Source: Savitreella phatthalungensis (lineage: Eukaryota). From it: a stretch of 64,000 nucleotides of DNA. The position numbers and the translations under genes are program-made. This document shows, one piece after another, positions 41,765 to 52,240 of the stretch. The notes under the pieces are model-generated. The model did not search any database and had not been told where the DNA came from. It saw only the letters and a program-made list of their open reading frames with translations. Location of the stretch: NCBI GenBank assembly GCA_051599415.1, contig AP039710.1, positions 1 to 64,000 of the forward strand, in the 5' to 3' direction. Each line of letters starts with the position of its first letter. Position 1 is the stretch's first letter.

Positions 41765-44700
41765 GTTCGGCCCAAAATAGCAGCATCTACCACACGGTAG
41801 ATTTGCCCGAGAATCCAGAACAGGTAAATCTGGATATCGACATCAATCCGGCGCTTCCCCAAGAGGAAATATCCAAACTGAAGTCAGTCCTACAACGCCA
41901 CGCCGCTCTGTTCCGGAACGGATGGGGGCTCCTTAATGACGGAACCAAGATGAGTATCCGTCTCAAAAGCGACAGTGAGCCATGGGCGCAAACCCCATTC
42001 CGTCAGTCACCGCGGGCAAAGAAGAAAATCGACGAAGTCCTGGACGAAATGAAGCAGCAGGGTAGAATTGAACCCTCTACTTCACCCTGGGCCTCACCGG
42101 TGTTCGTGGTCTACAAAAAAGGACTTGGCAATGGACCTTCCCAGCCTCGAATGGTCATTGACTATCGGAAAGTCAATGAACTAGTTGAAAAGGACGAATA
42201 TCCGTTACCGCGACAGGAAGACGTCCTTGAAGCTGTATCGGGAGCGAAATACATCAGCGCCTTTGATCTGCGGAAAGGCTTTTATCAAATACCTATTGAC
42301 GAAAGGTCTCGACCCCTTACGGCTTTCACGTCGCATCGAGGGTTAGAACAGATGACCGTGTCAATTATGGGGTACTGCAACTCTCCCGCCTTTTTCCAAC
42401 GCCAGATGAACAGGATTCTAGCCCCATGGCTGTGGAAACATGCGGCAGCATACGTGGATGATCTGCTCATCTGGTCGGACAATATCGACGACCACGTTCG
42501 ACATCTGGACAAAGTTCTAGGAGCATTCGAGTCTAAAGGCTTAACGCTTTCCGGCCCAAAGGCACACGTGGGTTATTCCGAGGTGGAAGCATTAGGCCAT
42601 CGAGTGGGCCGCCTAGGCCTGAGTACACAGGCTTCAAAGGTGGAGGCCATCCGTCGTATGAAGCGACCTAACACTGTTGAAGAACTTACCGCCGCACTCG
42701 GCATATTCAACTACTACCGTCAATTTGTGCCCAGATTCGCGCAAACAGTAGCTCCGCTGTACGGTATGTTAAAGGCTGCAAACAATAATCAGCGAGTCAT
42801 CTTCAAAAGGCAAAAGAAGGACGGCGACGCGGTGCATTATGACAACCTTAAAAAGAGACCGGTGGTCTGGACTCCCGAGGGGATTATCGCTTTCGACACC
42901 ATCAAAGAGCGCTTGTGCGACACTACTACTCTGGCCCCACCAGACTACACAAAAGAATTTCTCCTATACACGGACGCAAGCTACAACGGATATGGAGCAG
43001 CGTTGCATCAGGTTGACCAAAATAATGTGGAACGGCCTATCGTCTTCCTTTCCCGACGGCTGGACAAGCACGAGATGAATTACCCTCCTACAGAACTTGA
43101 ATGTGGCGCTCTCATTTGGAGTCTAAAGAAACTACGCCATCTTCTGGAAGGATGCCCAGTGAAGGTGTTTACGGACCATCAAGCACTACAGTGGTTAAAG
43201 AATCACAAAACCGGTTCAGCAAAGATGAACGACAGACTCGCTCGCTGGGCCCTAATGCTGGACGATTACAATCTCAACATTCAATACCGTCCTGGAAAGG
43301 AAAACGCCAATGCAGACGCTCTCAGCCGACTAGTCAACAACGTACAAGTCAATCTACAAAGCGACTGGACCGAGTACTACCATCGAGACAGAGCGTTTGG
43401 AGCTCTGTTCGACAAACTTGAGAAAACGGCAACCACGGAACCATTCCAGAACTTCTTCCTTTCCAAAGGCAAACTTTACTTCGAGGATAAAGACAACGGA
43501 CAAGCAAGACTATGCGTACCCAGCAACTTACTGGCAACGATAATCAAGCACGCACACGAGCAGTTTGCTCATCAAGGTGTAGAAAAGCTCTATGACCGGG
43601 TTCGACACCACTACTACGCACGCAACTTGCTACAGCAGGTGCAGAAAACGTGCGCCGACTGTGCATCCTGCAAAGAAAACAATCCGGTCCGACATGCCCA
43701 ATGGGGTGTCCTTCAACCCATAACCGCAAACATTCCACTTCAGGTTGTCTCAATTCACTGGGTTACAGGCCTTCCGGAGTCCGGCGGTTATAATGCCTTC
43801 ATGACAATAACGGACAAGTGTACTAAAGTCGTCACTATCATTCCGTGCCGCGATAATGACGGCGCCCCGGCAACAGCGCACAGGTTTTATTCCGTCTATT
43901 ATCGACGGTATGGGCTGCCCGAGCGAATCATCTCAGACAGGGATGTCCGATTCACCTCCAACTTCTGGAAAGCATTGTGCAAGCTACTCAACATAACCCG
44001 AAACATGACAACTGCATACCTCCCGGAAGCAGATGGACAAAGTGAAAGGACAAACCAAATTGTCGAGATCGCTCTTCGCCATTACGTGGACACCGACCAG
44101 GGTAATTGGGACATCCATTGTGCCGCAATAGAATTCGCCATCAACAGTGCTCGCCAGGCATCAACAGGGTACGCACCGTATCATCTACTGTATGGCAGGC
44201 AAGTTAACGACGGCCTCCACTTGAGTACTGAACAACTCCGTGCCAGTCGTTCTGCGACGGTCCCACCACCGGGGACTTCGCCAAACGCAGACGAATTCTT
44301 TAAAAAGCAAGCTATGCTACGGATGGAAGCTCTCGACAATCTTGCCTACGCCATCATGCGTATGTCCCGCGTTTCTGCCGGCATTCACAAAGAATTTGAA
44401 GTCGGGCAGGCGGTGATGCTCAATATCAAGGACTATCCCACAAAACGCTTCGTTGAGAGTCGAAAACTCGGACCCCAAAGGATTGGTCCTTTCAAAGTGC
44501 TTGAGAGAGTCGGAAAGCTAGCCTATCGACTGGATCTACCGAAGCAGATCCGCATCCATCCAGTCGTATCCGTCGCGAAACTAGAAGCCGCTACCGAGAA
44601 CGTCAGGCTTCATAGGCGACCACACGACAATTCCTCCGATATCAAGCCCGAAACTATACGACTCGAAAGAAAAGGCTCGTACCTCATCAGGTGGCAGGGA

Positions 44701-44817
44701 CTTCCCGAGTACGAATGCACATGGGAACCACGCGACACCATTGATGAGAAATTTCCTGACTTGGTGGCCTCATGGCGTTCTCGACGCCAAGCCGCCAGGG
44801 ACGGCGCCTCGTCTTAA
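41722..44817 (+). CDS. Retrotransposon ORF2: RT-RNase H-integrase-chromodomain (-1 frame relative to ORF1)
   Basis: RMVIDYRKVN, YVDD, YTDAS/ELE/TDH/ADALSR, HHCC, IISDRD, DGQSERTN, GPF, YLIRWQG..TWEP. Start drawn at the candidate slippery site. Confidence 0.92.
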   Translation, partial: GFWPADGHGQHHPLGSAQNSSIYHTVDLPENPEQVNLDIDINPALPQEEISKLKSVLQRHAALFRNGWGLLNDGTKMSIRLKSDSEPWAQTPFRQSPRAKKKIDEVLDEMKQQGRIEPSTSPWASPVFVVYKKGLGNGPSQPRMVIDYRKVNELVEKDEYPLPRQEDVLEAVSGAKYISAFDLRKGFYQIPIDERSRPLTAFTSHRGLEQMTVSIMGYCNSPAFFQRQMNRILAPWLWKHAAAYVDDLLIWSDNIDDHVRHLDKVLGAFESKGLTLSGPKAHVGYSEVEALGHRVGRLGLSTQASKVEAIRRMKRPNTVEELTAALGIFNYYRQFVPRFAQTVAPLYGMLKAANNNQRVIFKRQKKDGDAVHYDNLKKRPVVWTPEGIIAFDTIKERLCDTTTLAPPDYTKEFLLYTDASYNGYGAALHQVDQNNVERPIVFLSRRLDKHEMNYPPTELECGALIWSLKKLRHLLEGCPVKVFTDHQALQWLKNHKTGSAKMNDRLARWALMLDDYNLNIQYRPGKENANADALSRLVNNVQVNLQSDWTEYYHRDRAFGALFDKLEKTATTEPFQNFFLSKGKLYFEDKDNGQARLCVPSNLLATIIKHAHEQFAHQGVEKLYDRVRHHYYARNLLQQVQKTCADCASCKENNPVRHAQWGVLQPITANIPLQVVSIHWVTGLPESGGYNAFMTITDKCTKVVTIIPCRDNDGAPATAHRFYSVYYRRYGLPERIISDRDVRFTSNFWKALCKLLNITRNMTTAYLPEADGQSERTNQIVEIALRHYVDTDQGNWDIHCAAIEFAINSARQASTGYAPYHLLYGRQVNDGLHLSTEQLRASRSATVPPPGTSPNADEFFKKQAMLRMEALDNLAYAIMRMSRVSAGIHKEFEVGQAVMLNIKDYPTKRFVESRKLGPQRIGPFKVLERVGKLAYRLDLPKQIRIHPVVSVAKLEAATENVRLHRRPHDNSSDIKPETIRLERKGSYLIRWQGLPEYECTWEPRDTIDEKFPDLVASWRSRRQAARDGASS

Positions 44818-44827
44818 CGGGGGCATA

Positions 44828-44991
44828 TGTTACGCCAAAAGGTCTTCCACCCACAAGTCATGATTCAGGCCCGCACGTGACCTCGTGCGCCACACAGTCT
44901 TTTCCATTAGCCACACCAAACCCTTTATAAGTAAAGGGTTCGTCACTCGTAGTGCATCATCATTCTCTGCACCCTCTCGTTCTACCTAACA
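44828..44991 (+). repeat. 3' LTR
   Basis: Preceded by PPT-like AACGGGGGCATA and followed by TSD CGTAC. Confidence 0.96.
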
Positions 44992-46802
44992 CGTACTGCT
45001 GCGTCGGTTCAGCAGCATAGAATGTACATAAGGATGCACGCAAGGATGCAGGAGGCGAGATCATGCTAGGCGGTCATTTGCTTGCAGGATCAATGCGACG
45101 AACATTTGTGTGCTCGAAGACAGTGCTCCAGAGTGTCTAGAAAATCAAAGATCGTTGCAGCTTACAGCTTCCGAATGGACACAGCTCAGGAGAAATTCCT
45201 TAATCTCAGCTCATCTGCGACTCTGGCAGGCTACAAAGGGATCCCATACTCACAAACAATAGCTACTAGCTTCTCCTTATAGCCTATCGAATGTTAAGCA
45301 CAGCAAGATTCAGAGTAGGCGCGCATGGGAAAGCAGGTCGAGCGACCGAGCCGCACGAGCGCTAGAAGGCATATAGATCGTTGCAACGCTGATGACATGA
45401 CTCAACGCGGCTGCAGATTTGCATACCAGCTCGCTTTTCTTCAAGACAGCGCGTAACAGACATCCTTCGACATGTGGAATTCATATAAGACGACGTCATT
45501 TAATCGTCCTGATCCCGGCAATCTTCACATTGATGGGGGATTTCGGCGAAGGTTGTGAGCGCCTGAGTAGGGCTTCGCTTGGAGAATGCCCGTCCCGAGT
45601 GAAGGCTTACGACATTTTGTCATCGACAGTGCCAAATGCATGCCGGTCTGCCAGGCGAGAGCAATGAGCCATTAGCACACCATCAAGGAGCAATTTTGGT
45701 TGAAGACTACATTACTACATAGAGGTCATTGGACAGGCATACAATCACCCGCGTACCATGCTTCTCGGCTTTGATAGATTAGATCGAGTGGACACCTGCC
45801 CTGACTGATGCAAGCGAGAATGAGTGCAGCGTTGGAAGAAGTGCAGCCAAGGACAAATTGACTTGCCTGTGTGAACCGCGCGAACTGCGTGAACTGCGTC
45901 AAGTCGATGCACTGTTGGATGTTGATTGAATGCGCCATTACAGCCTCTTCGTTTAAGGCTTGACTGCAAACAGATATCAGTGTTCAACCTGAGCAGTGCT
46001 CCCTGATCTTGAGCCGTAGTCCTGGCTCTTGAACCTCTTAATTTTGAACGCGCGATTCTTTGACCTGCAAGAGATTTCGGAAAGTTTTCAATGAGTATAA
46101 ATTTTCAAAAAGTAGATCCATTTAATACAAAATAGAATGATGAATATCCTGATTGCATGAGTATAATGAATGGAATTAAATGAAAAATCAGCTCCACTTT
46201 CACCCTCACATAATTTAATTAAAGTTTGGCAGGGTTGTCTCAAATCACTTGGCAAGCTTGCTTCTTTCCACCTTCAAGGCATTGATTGACCTGATGTTCC
46301 CGCTCTGATGACCTCCACTCGCAAGGTTTGGCACACTATTCAGCCGTACTCGTTAAGGCAGAAACAGATCCTTGGTGAAAACGGCCGAGTGGAAATGTCT
46401 CACTTGATCTTGTCTCACTGTCGTTCGATCTTTCTGGGTTACTCGATTCTGATCTCTGATTGAGCGCCTCATGAAATCAGTTGCCCGTATTGACCTGTCT
46501 TCTTCCAGACAAAGAGTGCAGGCGACTGAGCCAGCCCTCTTCTGCAAGTGCCCGTATAAGGCCTTGTATGACGAGTCATTCGAGGGTGACCAAATTGAAA
46601 TGCTCCTTCAAATGTTAAGACTGGCTTGTCAATCTTGAGAGCGATCTTTGACACAGGGTGTCGTACAAAAGTGCCGTCCAGTCACCCATCGCGTACGTCT
46701 GGACGACTTTGATCGTTGCCTTTATCCTCGTCCACGATCGCCCACGTCGTCGTCGCCTGACGCTCCGACAGAACGGGTCGAGACCAGACATAGTGCGCTG
46801 TC

Positions 46803-48587
46803 ATGACAGACGGGTCATTAGAGCTCTCAGTCAAGATTGAGCCGTTTGGACTAAACCTACCGTATTCACAAGCTATCAGGTCGACTGAGGATGCCGTTCG
46901 CGAAAGAGATCACGGCAGTGTCGAGACGGCGCGACAGGTTGTCCTGACGCGTTCCACGGTGAGGGCGGATGTCACGCTCATTGCGCACAAGCGCGTCAAG
47001 CTCAAGAGACTGGAAGCCGAGTTTGTTTCCAAGCAGCTCGTTGTGATTGGGAGCAAGGCCACTGCCACCGAGCACACGATTTACCGCGACAGAATCAACA
47101 TCGTCACGACGACAAGCGCACACGACAGTATCACGCTGAATGCCGGTAAGCATGAATTCGCTGTGAGCTTCGAGGTACCTTCCTGGCTCTGTGCAACCTT
47201 CACATCTCATGAGTGCCGGGTCGGACATTTTGTCCGGGTGCGGGCTCAGGTTCCTGCAGGATCTTTCTTTGCATTGAAGCCGCAGACGGTGGTCGCTTTG
47301 GCCGAGCTGGTGGTACAAAGGACAGCGCCTCCAATGCTCAACACGATGCGATACTGGGCCGGTGAGCGCAAGGCCTCGAATGCCCACATCGCCGTCAAGT
47401 CGTTGCGGGATGCGCGGATCGGTGGTCGTCTGAGGCTCAGTCTTAGCGTGCGCGCTCCGCAGGCTGTTGAGCAGTGTCGCATCGATCTTGTGCAGGAAGA
47501 GAAAAGCGTCGCTACTTGTCGCTCTACAGGCCTGTGGGCGACGTTGCCGACAGCTGCGTGCCAGGGCGAGAGCATCGAACCAAGCTCACGGGACTTGCGC
47601 AATGATGGCCCTCGCAGCTGCTCGTTCCCGTTGCCAACGATCGTCACCGACTTTCCCGTGCCATTGAGCCAAAACGAGAGTGCAGCAGACCGATCATCGG
47701 CTGCTGTCGCCGACGTCGATGAGGCTGAAAGCGAATCGTTCGTCGGGAGAGAGATCGCCGACGACGTGACACCGACGAGAACCGATGCAGCTGATCGATC
47801 GGGACTGACCGCATCCAATATGACGCTTGTCTTCCGCCTGAACGATGGTGACCTCAAGCCGGACTACGAGTCACCGCTCTTCCAGTGCAAACACAAATTG
47901 CGCATCAGACTCGTACTGAGAGCCGACAATACGACCGGCACGCGACCTCGTCAGGTGGTCTTTTCCCTGCCAGTCCGGCTTTTCCAGGGAGATGCCACTT
48001 GCGATGACGTCCCTCCTTGCTACGACGAGATCGAGGAGGACTACACGGCGGCGATGAGCCGAGAGCAGCTGTCTAGCAGCCCGTTGCGCGAGCGCGACCA
48101 AAACAGCCTTGGCCCTTCCACCCCTGACAGATCACTCCCGTCCGGAGTGGGCAGCCCACAATCGGCTGTATTTGCCACGCCGCCAGGAGGCCTGCTGCGA
48201 CGACGCAGTCGCGCAGATTCTGTCAGCACGCTGCCTCTGTACGAGCCACGGGTCTGCCCCGCGGCAGCAGCGTTGACAAGCTACGAGGAGGCGATGGCGG
48301 GCGCGGCGGAGGCCGCTTGCGTCGACGACGACGATGACGACGACAACGAAGTTGGCTCTGAAGATGTGACGACCGATGGTGTCGATGAGGCGGACGACGA
48401 GGCAGACGCAGTCCACACGATCGCGTCCGACGACGAGATCGGCGTCGGCTGTATGCGAAAGCCTCCACCGGACGACCTGTGCAACACGATCGACAAGCAT
48501 CTCACAGGCACGCTCGACAGCGCTGCTGTCGGTCCTGACGCTCTAGCGCGCTGGCTCGACGGACAACACGCCATGATGCATCTATGA
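46803..48587 (+). CDS. Alpha-arrestin-like adaptor
   Basis: LNAGKHEFAVSFEVP, PDYESPLFQCKHKLRIRL..LPVRL; PY-type motifs PPCY and LPLY; acidic tail. Confidence 0.7.
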   Translation: MTDGSLELSVKIEPFGLNLPYSQAIRSTEDAVRERDHGSVETARQVVLTRSTVRADVTLIAHKRVKLKRLEAEFVSKQLVVIGSKATATEHTIYRDRINIVTTTSAHDSITLNAGKHEFAVSFEVPSWLCATFTSHECRVGHFVRVRAQVPAGSFFALKPQTVVALAELVVQRTAPPMLNTMRYWAGERKASNAHIAVKSLRDARIGGRLRLSLSVRAPQAVEQCRIDLVQEEKSVATCRSTGLWATLPTAACQGESIEPSSRDLRNDGPRSCSFPLPTIVTDFPVPLSQNESAADRSSAAVADVDEAESESFVGREIADDVTPTRTDAADRSGLTASNMTLVFRLNDGDLKPDYESPLFQCKHKLRIRLVLRADNTTGTRPRQVVFSLPVRLFQGDATCDDVPPCYDEIEEDYTAAMSREQLSSSPLRERDQNSLGPSTPDRSLPSGVGSPQSAVFATPPGGLLRRRSRADSVSTLPLYEPRVCPAAAALTSYEEAMAGAAEAACVDDDDDDDNEVGSEDVTTDGVDEADDEADAVHTIASDDEIGVGCMRKPPPDDLCNTIDKHLTGTLDSAAVGPDALARWLDGQHAMMHL

Positions 48588-49002
48588 TCACCGCACACCT
48601 TGGGATCTTACAGACGCGCTGGAGCATGCCAATGTACGTTTCGGTTGACAGCTTTTCACGAACGATGATAATGACCATAATCCATGAATATCCATGACAC
48701 ATCCGCGAGAGGCGCCACTAAAGATCAATCGCAATTCGATTGTGTGTGCGTGCGTGATATGGCATTGTTATGTGGTATATGTACAGCCGGAATTCACTCA
48801 GAGAGGTTTGATTCGGTCATCAGTGACCGACTAGGTCCAGCCTAGGTCGGTATCACTTCGTCATCAATCTTCACCTGGGTTCTTCATGTGTGCCGTCTAT
48901 AGTTTAAAAAGGGGACCGTGATGTTGAAGGGGAAATGGCGATGTGGGGAGAAATGAAGGTGATCGTCAACGTGGAATGTGTATGGGAGAGGGACTGAGGT
49001 CC

Positions 49003-51342
49003 TTAGAAGACGCGAACCTGACGCAGACCACGACGAGCGTGGTTGCGTAGGTGGCGACGTCCGAGGCTGGTGCCATTGAGGGTGCCATTGAGCGAGACTG
49101 TACTATTGTCGGCGGAGGTGCCGTTCAAGGCGGCTGTTCCGTTGGTTGGGAGGGTTCCGTTGATCGGGACTGGGAGCGTGCCGTTGGAGATGGGTGCGCT
49201 CGGCACAGCAGAAATCGAGGCGGACGGGGTGACAGATGGGATGGCAGACGACGTGGTGGAGGAGGCGAAGACGTTGCTGGCAGGGAGGATGCCTGCGCCG
49301 CCGTTCGCACTGGACGCAGAGGCCGTGACGGTGACGGTTTGCGTGACGGTCTGAGTCTGGAACACGGTGTTGGTAGAGTAGACAGTCGAGAGTGATGTGC
49401 TGCCCTGTGGATCGACGATTGCGTACACGTTGATAATGTAGACGGTGATGACCGGCTGGACGATAACGAAAGTCGATGTGACGACGCTCGGTGTAGCCGG
49501 AGCAGACGCCACGCAGAGCACCTGACCAGGCATGAGGTTGGTGCAGCCGCTGTTGATTGCAGGATTGAGGGCGTACAGCTGCTGGAGAGTGATGCCGCCG
49601 ACCTGGGCAATGATGCTGTTGCAGATGTCGCCAGACTGGACCGTGTAGGTCTTTGTGCAAGTAGATCCAGTGGAAGCGGTCACACCGGTCGGTGAGGCTC
49701 CGCTGCCGCCTCCAGGGGCAGTGACAATGACCGTCGAGGTGTACGTCGGAAGCGGCGTGGATGTGACAGTCTGGGTGATTGTGACAAAGATCGTGGTCGG
49801 CTGAGCGTTCGGTTGGACGGTGATGACTTGGCCGTCTCCGAAAGTCACCGTCTTGGCAGGACCGTTGGTCGGCGCGATGACCACGGTTGCCTGTGTGATG
49901 GTGGTGGTGATCGTTGTCGGCGTTGGTGCTGTACCAGCGTTGTTGATCGGCACGATGATACCATTGCCTCCAACAATGCCAGTGGAGCTCGGTGAGACGG
50001 TGATCGTGACGACCTGGGTGATGGTCGTGGTGATTGGAGTTGGGGCGACGCCGTTGCCGGTTGGAACAGGGGTGACGGTGGTTGTAACAACAGAGGTGAA
50101 GGTCTGAGTGGCAACGGTCGGCTGAATGATGATAGTGAAGACCTCAACAAGGATCACGGTCTGCTGCTGGATGATAGTCGTCACGTACTGAGTGACGAGA
50201 GCGGTCGACGGAGCTACTGAAGTTGGCGTGGACGACGACGACGAGACTCCGCGGCCGTTAGCATCGACGGCACCAGTGCCAGTCGGAGCTGCCGAGGAAG
50301 AGCTGTTGACGAAGCTCGGGGCTGCAGAAGATGTTGGAATGATGACACTGCTCATTGAGACGACGGACGAGCCATTCGCGCTCACAGAAGAAGCAGAGAC
50401 GATCGGAATGGGAAGAATCGTGGCGCTGCCGGTGACATTGCTGCTGACAGATGCAGAAACGGCACTTGAGGATGAGGCAGACGAGTCAGAGACCGGGGCG
50501 GAAATTGCCAACGACGAGTTGGAGCTGGCTGATGAAGGAGCGGCCGAAGATGAGGATGAGGAGCTCGAGGCTGCTGCTGCCTGAACAGCGATAGGCTGCA
50601 TGCCGGATGTTCCTGGGTCGCTGGATGTGATGGCCACAAGTGTACCAGTGGATGGGTTGACTGAGAATGCTCCGGGCTGAGCACGCTTTGCCAGCGAGGT
50701 ACTCTGGACGGTGGCATCGTTGACGAAGAAAGCCAGGTTGTTGCTGCCGTCGAGGGCGAAGACTGCAGGCTTGTATGGTGGAGTGATGGGTCCGACAACT
50801 ACGTTGAGGTAGGATTGAGCACCGTTGTTGACCTCGACGAGGTACACCGGCTGGCCACCGCAGGTCAGAGCTCCATTGTCAAAGACGTTGAATGTACTCT
50901 GTGCTGCGGTGTTGCCAGAAATGCGAATGTAGTTGCCCTCGCAGCTGAGGACGCCGCCGTTTGAAGTGCTGAGCTTGACCGGCGTCGACGAGCCCGTGCT
51001 GGATGGCTGTGCAAAATCGTCGACGGAAGGTGTCGCCGATGCGACAGAGGATGAGGAAGCTGGTGCTGATGATGGCACAGAGAACGAGGCAGGCGCAGAC
51101 GATGAGGCAGAATCAGACACTGAGACAGAGACGGTGGATGAAAAGGCGTCGGATGAGAGCGATACTGGTGTGCTTGATGCTCCAGCGTCAGACGAAGCAG
51201 ACACGCTGACCGACGGGCTCAAGGAAGGGCTGGTGTCGTTCGAGATGGCTTCCTGACGCCTGTACATTGGTCTCGGATGGTCCTGGAAGCCCGCATAGGC
51301 GCTGACCGACAAGGCCGAGAGAACAATTGTACGGAACAACAT
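49003..51342 (-). CDS. Secreted Ser/Thr-rich protein with a single LysM domain
   Basis: Signal peptide MLFRTIVLSALSVSAYA; CTKTYTVQSGDICNSI..LQQLYALNPAINSGCTNLMPGQVLCV. Confidence 0.88.
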   Translation of the reverse strand: MLFRTIVLSALSVSAYAGFQDHPRPMYRRQEAISNDTSPSLSPSVSVSASSDAGASSTPVSLSSDAFSSTVSVSVSDSASSSAPASFSVPSSAPASSSSVASATPSVDDFAQPSSTGSSTPVKLSTSNGGVLSCEGNYIRISGNTAAQSTFNVFDNGALTCGGQPVYLVEVNNGAQSYLNVVVGPITPPYKPAVFALDGSNNLAFFVNDATVQSTSLAKRAQPGAFSVNPSTGTLVAITSSDPGTSGMQPIAVQAAAASSSSSSSSAAPSSASSNSSLAISAPVSDSSASSSSAVSASVSSNVTGSATILPIPIVSASSVSANGSSVVSMSSVIIPTSSAAPSFVNSSSSAAPTGTGAVDANGRGVSSSSSTPTSVAPSTALVTQYVTTIIQQQTVILVEVFTIIIQPTVATQTFTSVVTTTVTPVPTGNGVAPTPITTTITQVVTITVSPSSTGIVGGNGIIVPINNAGTAPTPTTITTTITQATVVIAPTNGPAKTVTFGDGQVITVQPNAQPTTIFVTITQTVTSTPLPTYTSTVIVTAPGGGSGASPTGVTASTGSTCTKTYTVQSGDICNSIIAQVGGITLQQLYALNPAINSGCTNLMPGQVLCVASAPATPSVVTSTFVIVQPVITVYIINVYAIVDPQGSTSLSTVYSTNTVFQTQTVTQTVTVTASASSANGGAGILPASNVFASSTTSSAIPSVTPSASISAVPSAPISNGTLPVPINGTLPTNGTAALNGTSADNSTVSLNGTLNGTSLGRRHLRNHARRGLRQVRVF

Positions 51343-52240
51343 CTTTGACAGATCTTCAAAAGAGCGTGCTGTTGACTTCTTCTACTCACTTCTTCACGAA
51401 GCAAGAGATAGAGCAAGAAAGAGAGGATTGGAGTGAGTGTGAGAGTCGAACGACGATGTCGTCCTGTCGAGCGAAGACGTACAAGAAAGGGAGATGTCGA
51501 GAGGGACGAAGGTGAGACATGAAGTGGGCCTCCAACTCATCTTATACATTGAACCACTTTTGGCAGGGGTCGGAGAAGAGAGAGCACTTGCGACGCGTGA
51601 TAGTGAGGAAAGGAGTTTCTAGAGGTTACGCGACATGTGCTGCCTCCTTTCATCAGCTTTTGGCTGGCAGTGTAAGGGTCGATGATGCACTTCAATCATG
51701 CCCTATGGTTGAGGTGCTGCATAGCTCCCATGCAGAGTGGAAAAGGAGGTGACCATCTCAGCCGTACAATCGAATACCGGCAACATCAGGCGAGGGAAAG
51801 CAGACCGACCGCGCCTGAAGGGCTTACCGACGGGCTTTCAGAACAGGCGTACACACTCCCAGTTCCTGAAGGCTTGGTTAGAGCTTTGGATGGTCGGTCA
51901 TGTCATGCGAGGGGTTGGACACAGGAGTTGCTCTATCACATAAATTGAGTGATTTTATTGGACGCCACCAAACTCGGGAACGCGTCTACAAGGCTTTTCA
52001 CCTTGCACAACACATCAATGCACAATAAACTCACAGGAGACACAAACACCCAGGAACAATCAAGGGCTCAAGATCATCATTCCATCACAAAGTTGAGCTC
52101 AATCAACACAATCATGTAGATAGACGGACAGACGACGGGACATCTACCTTGTCAAGGAGTTCCGAGAAGCATGGTTTGAAAGAAGGCGCAGGGTATCGTG
52201 GTGCAGGGAATTTCATCATGGGACTATGTTACATTGAATC

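Larger units (their letters stand above)
38867..44991 (+). mobile_element. Full-length Ty3/gypsy (chromovirus) LTR retrotransposon, 6125 bp
   Basis: Identical 164-bp LTRs (TGTTA...TAACA); 5-bp TSD CGTAC at 38862-38866 and 44992-44996; PBS; G-rich PPT; domain order PR-RT-RH-IN-chromodomain. Confidence 0.97.

Noticed and set aside
45000..46800. Short ORFs and an AT-rich patch between the retrotransposon and the arrestin-like gene
   Set aside because: No recognisable protein motif or terminal repeats; it may be decayed TE sequence but this cannot be supported by eye.
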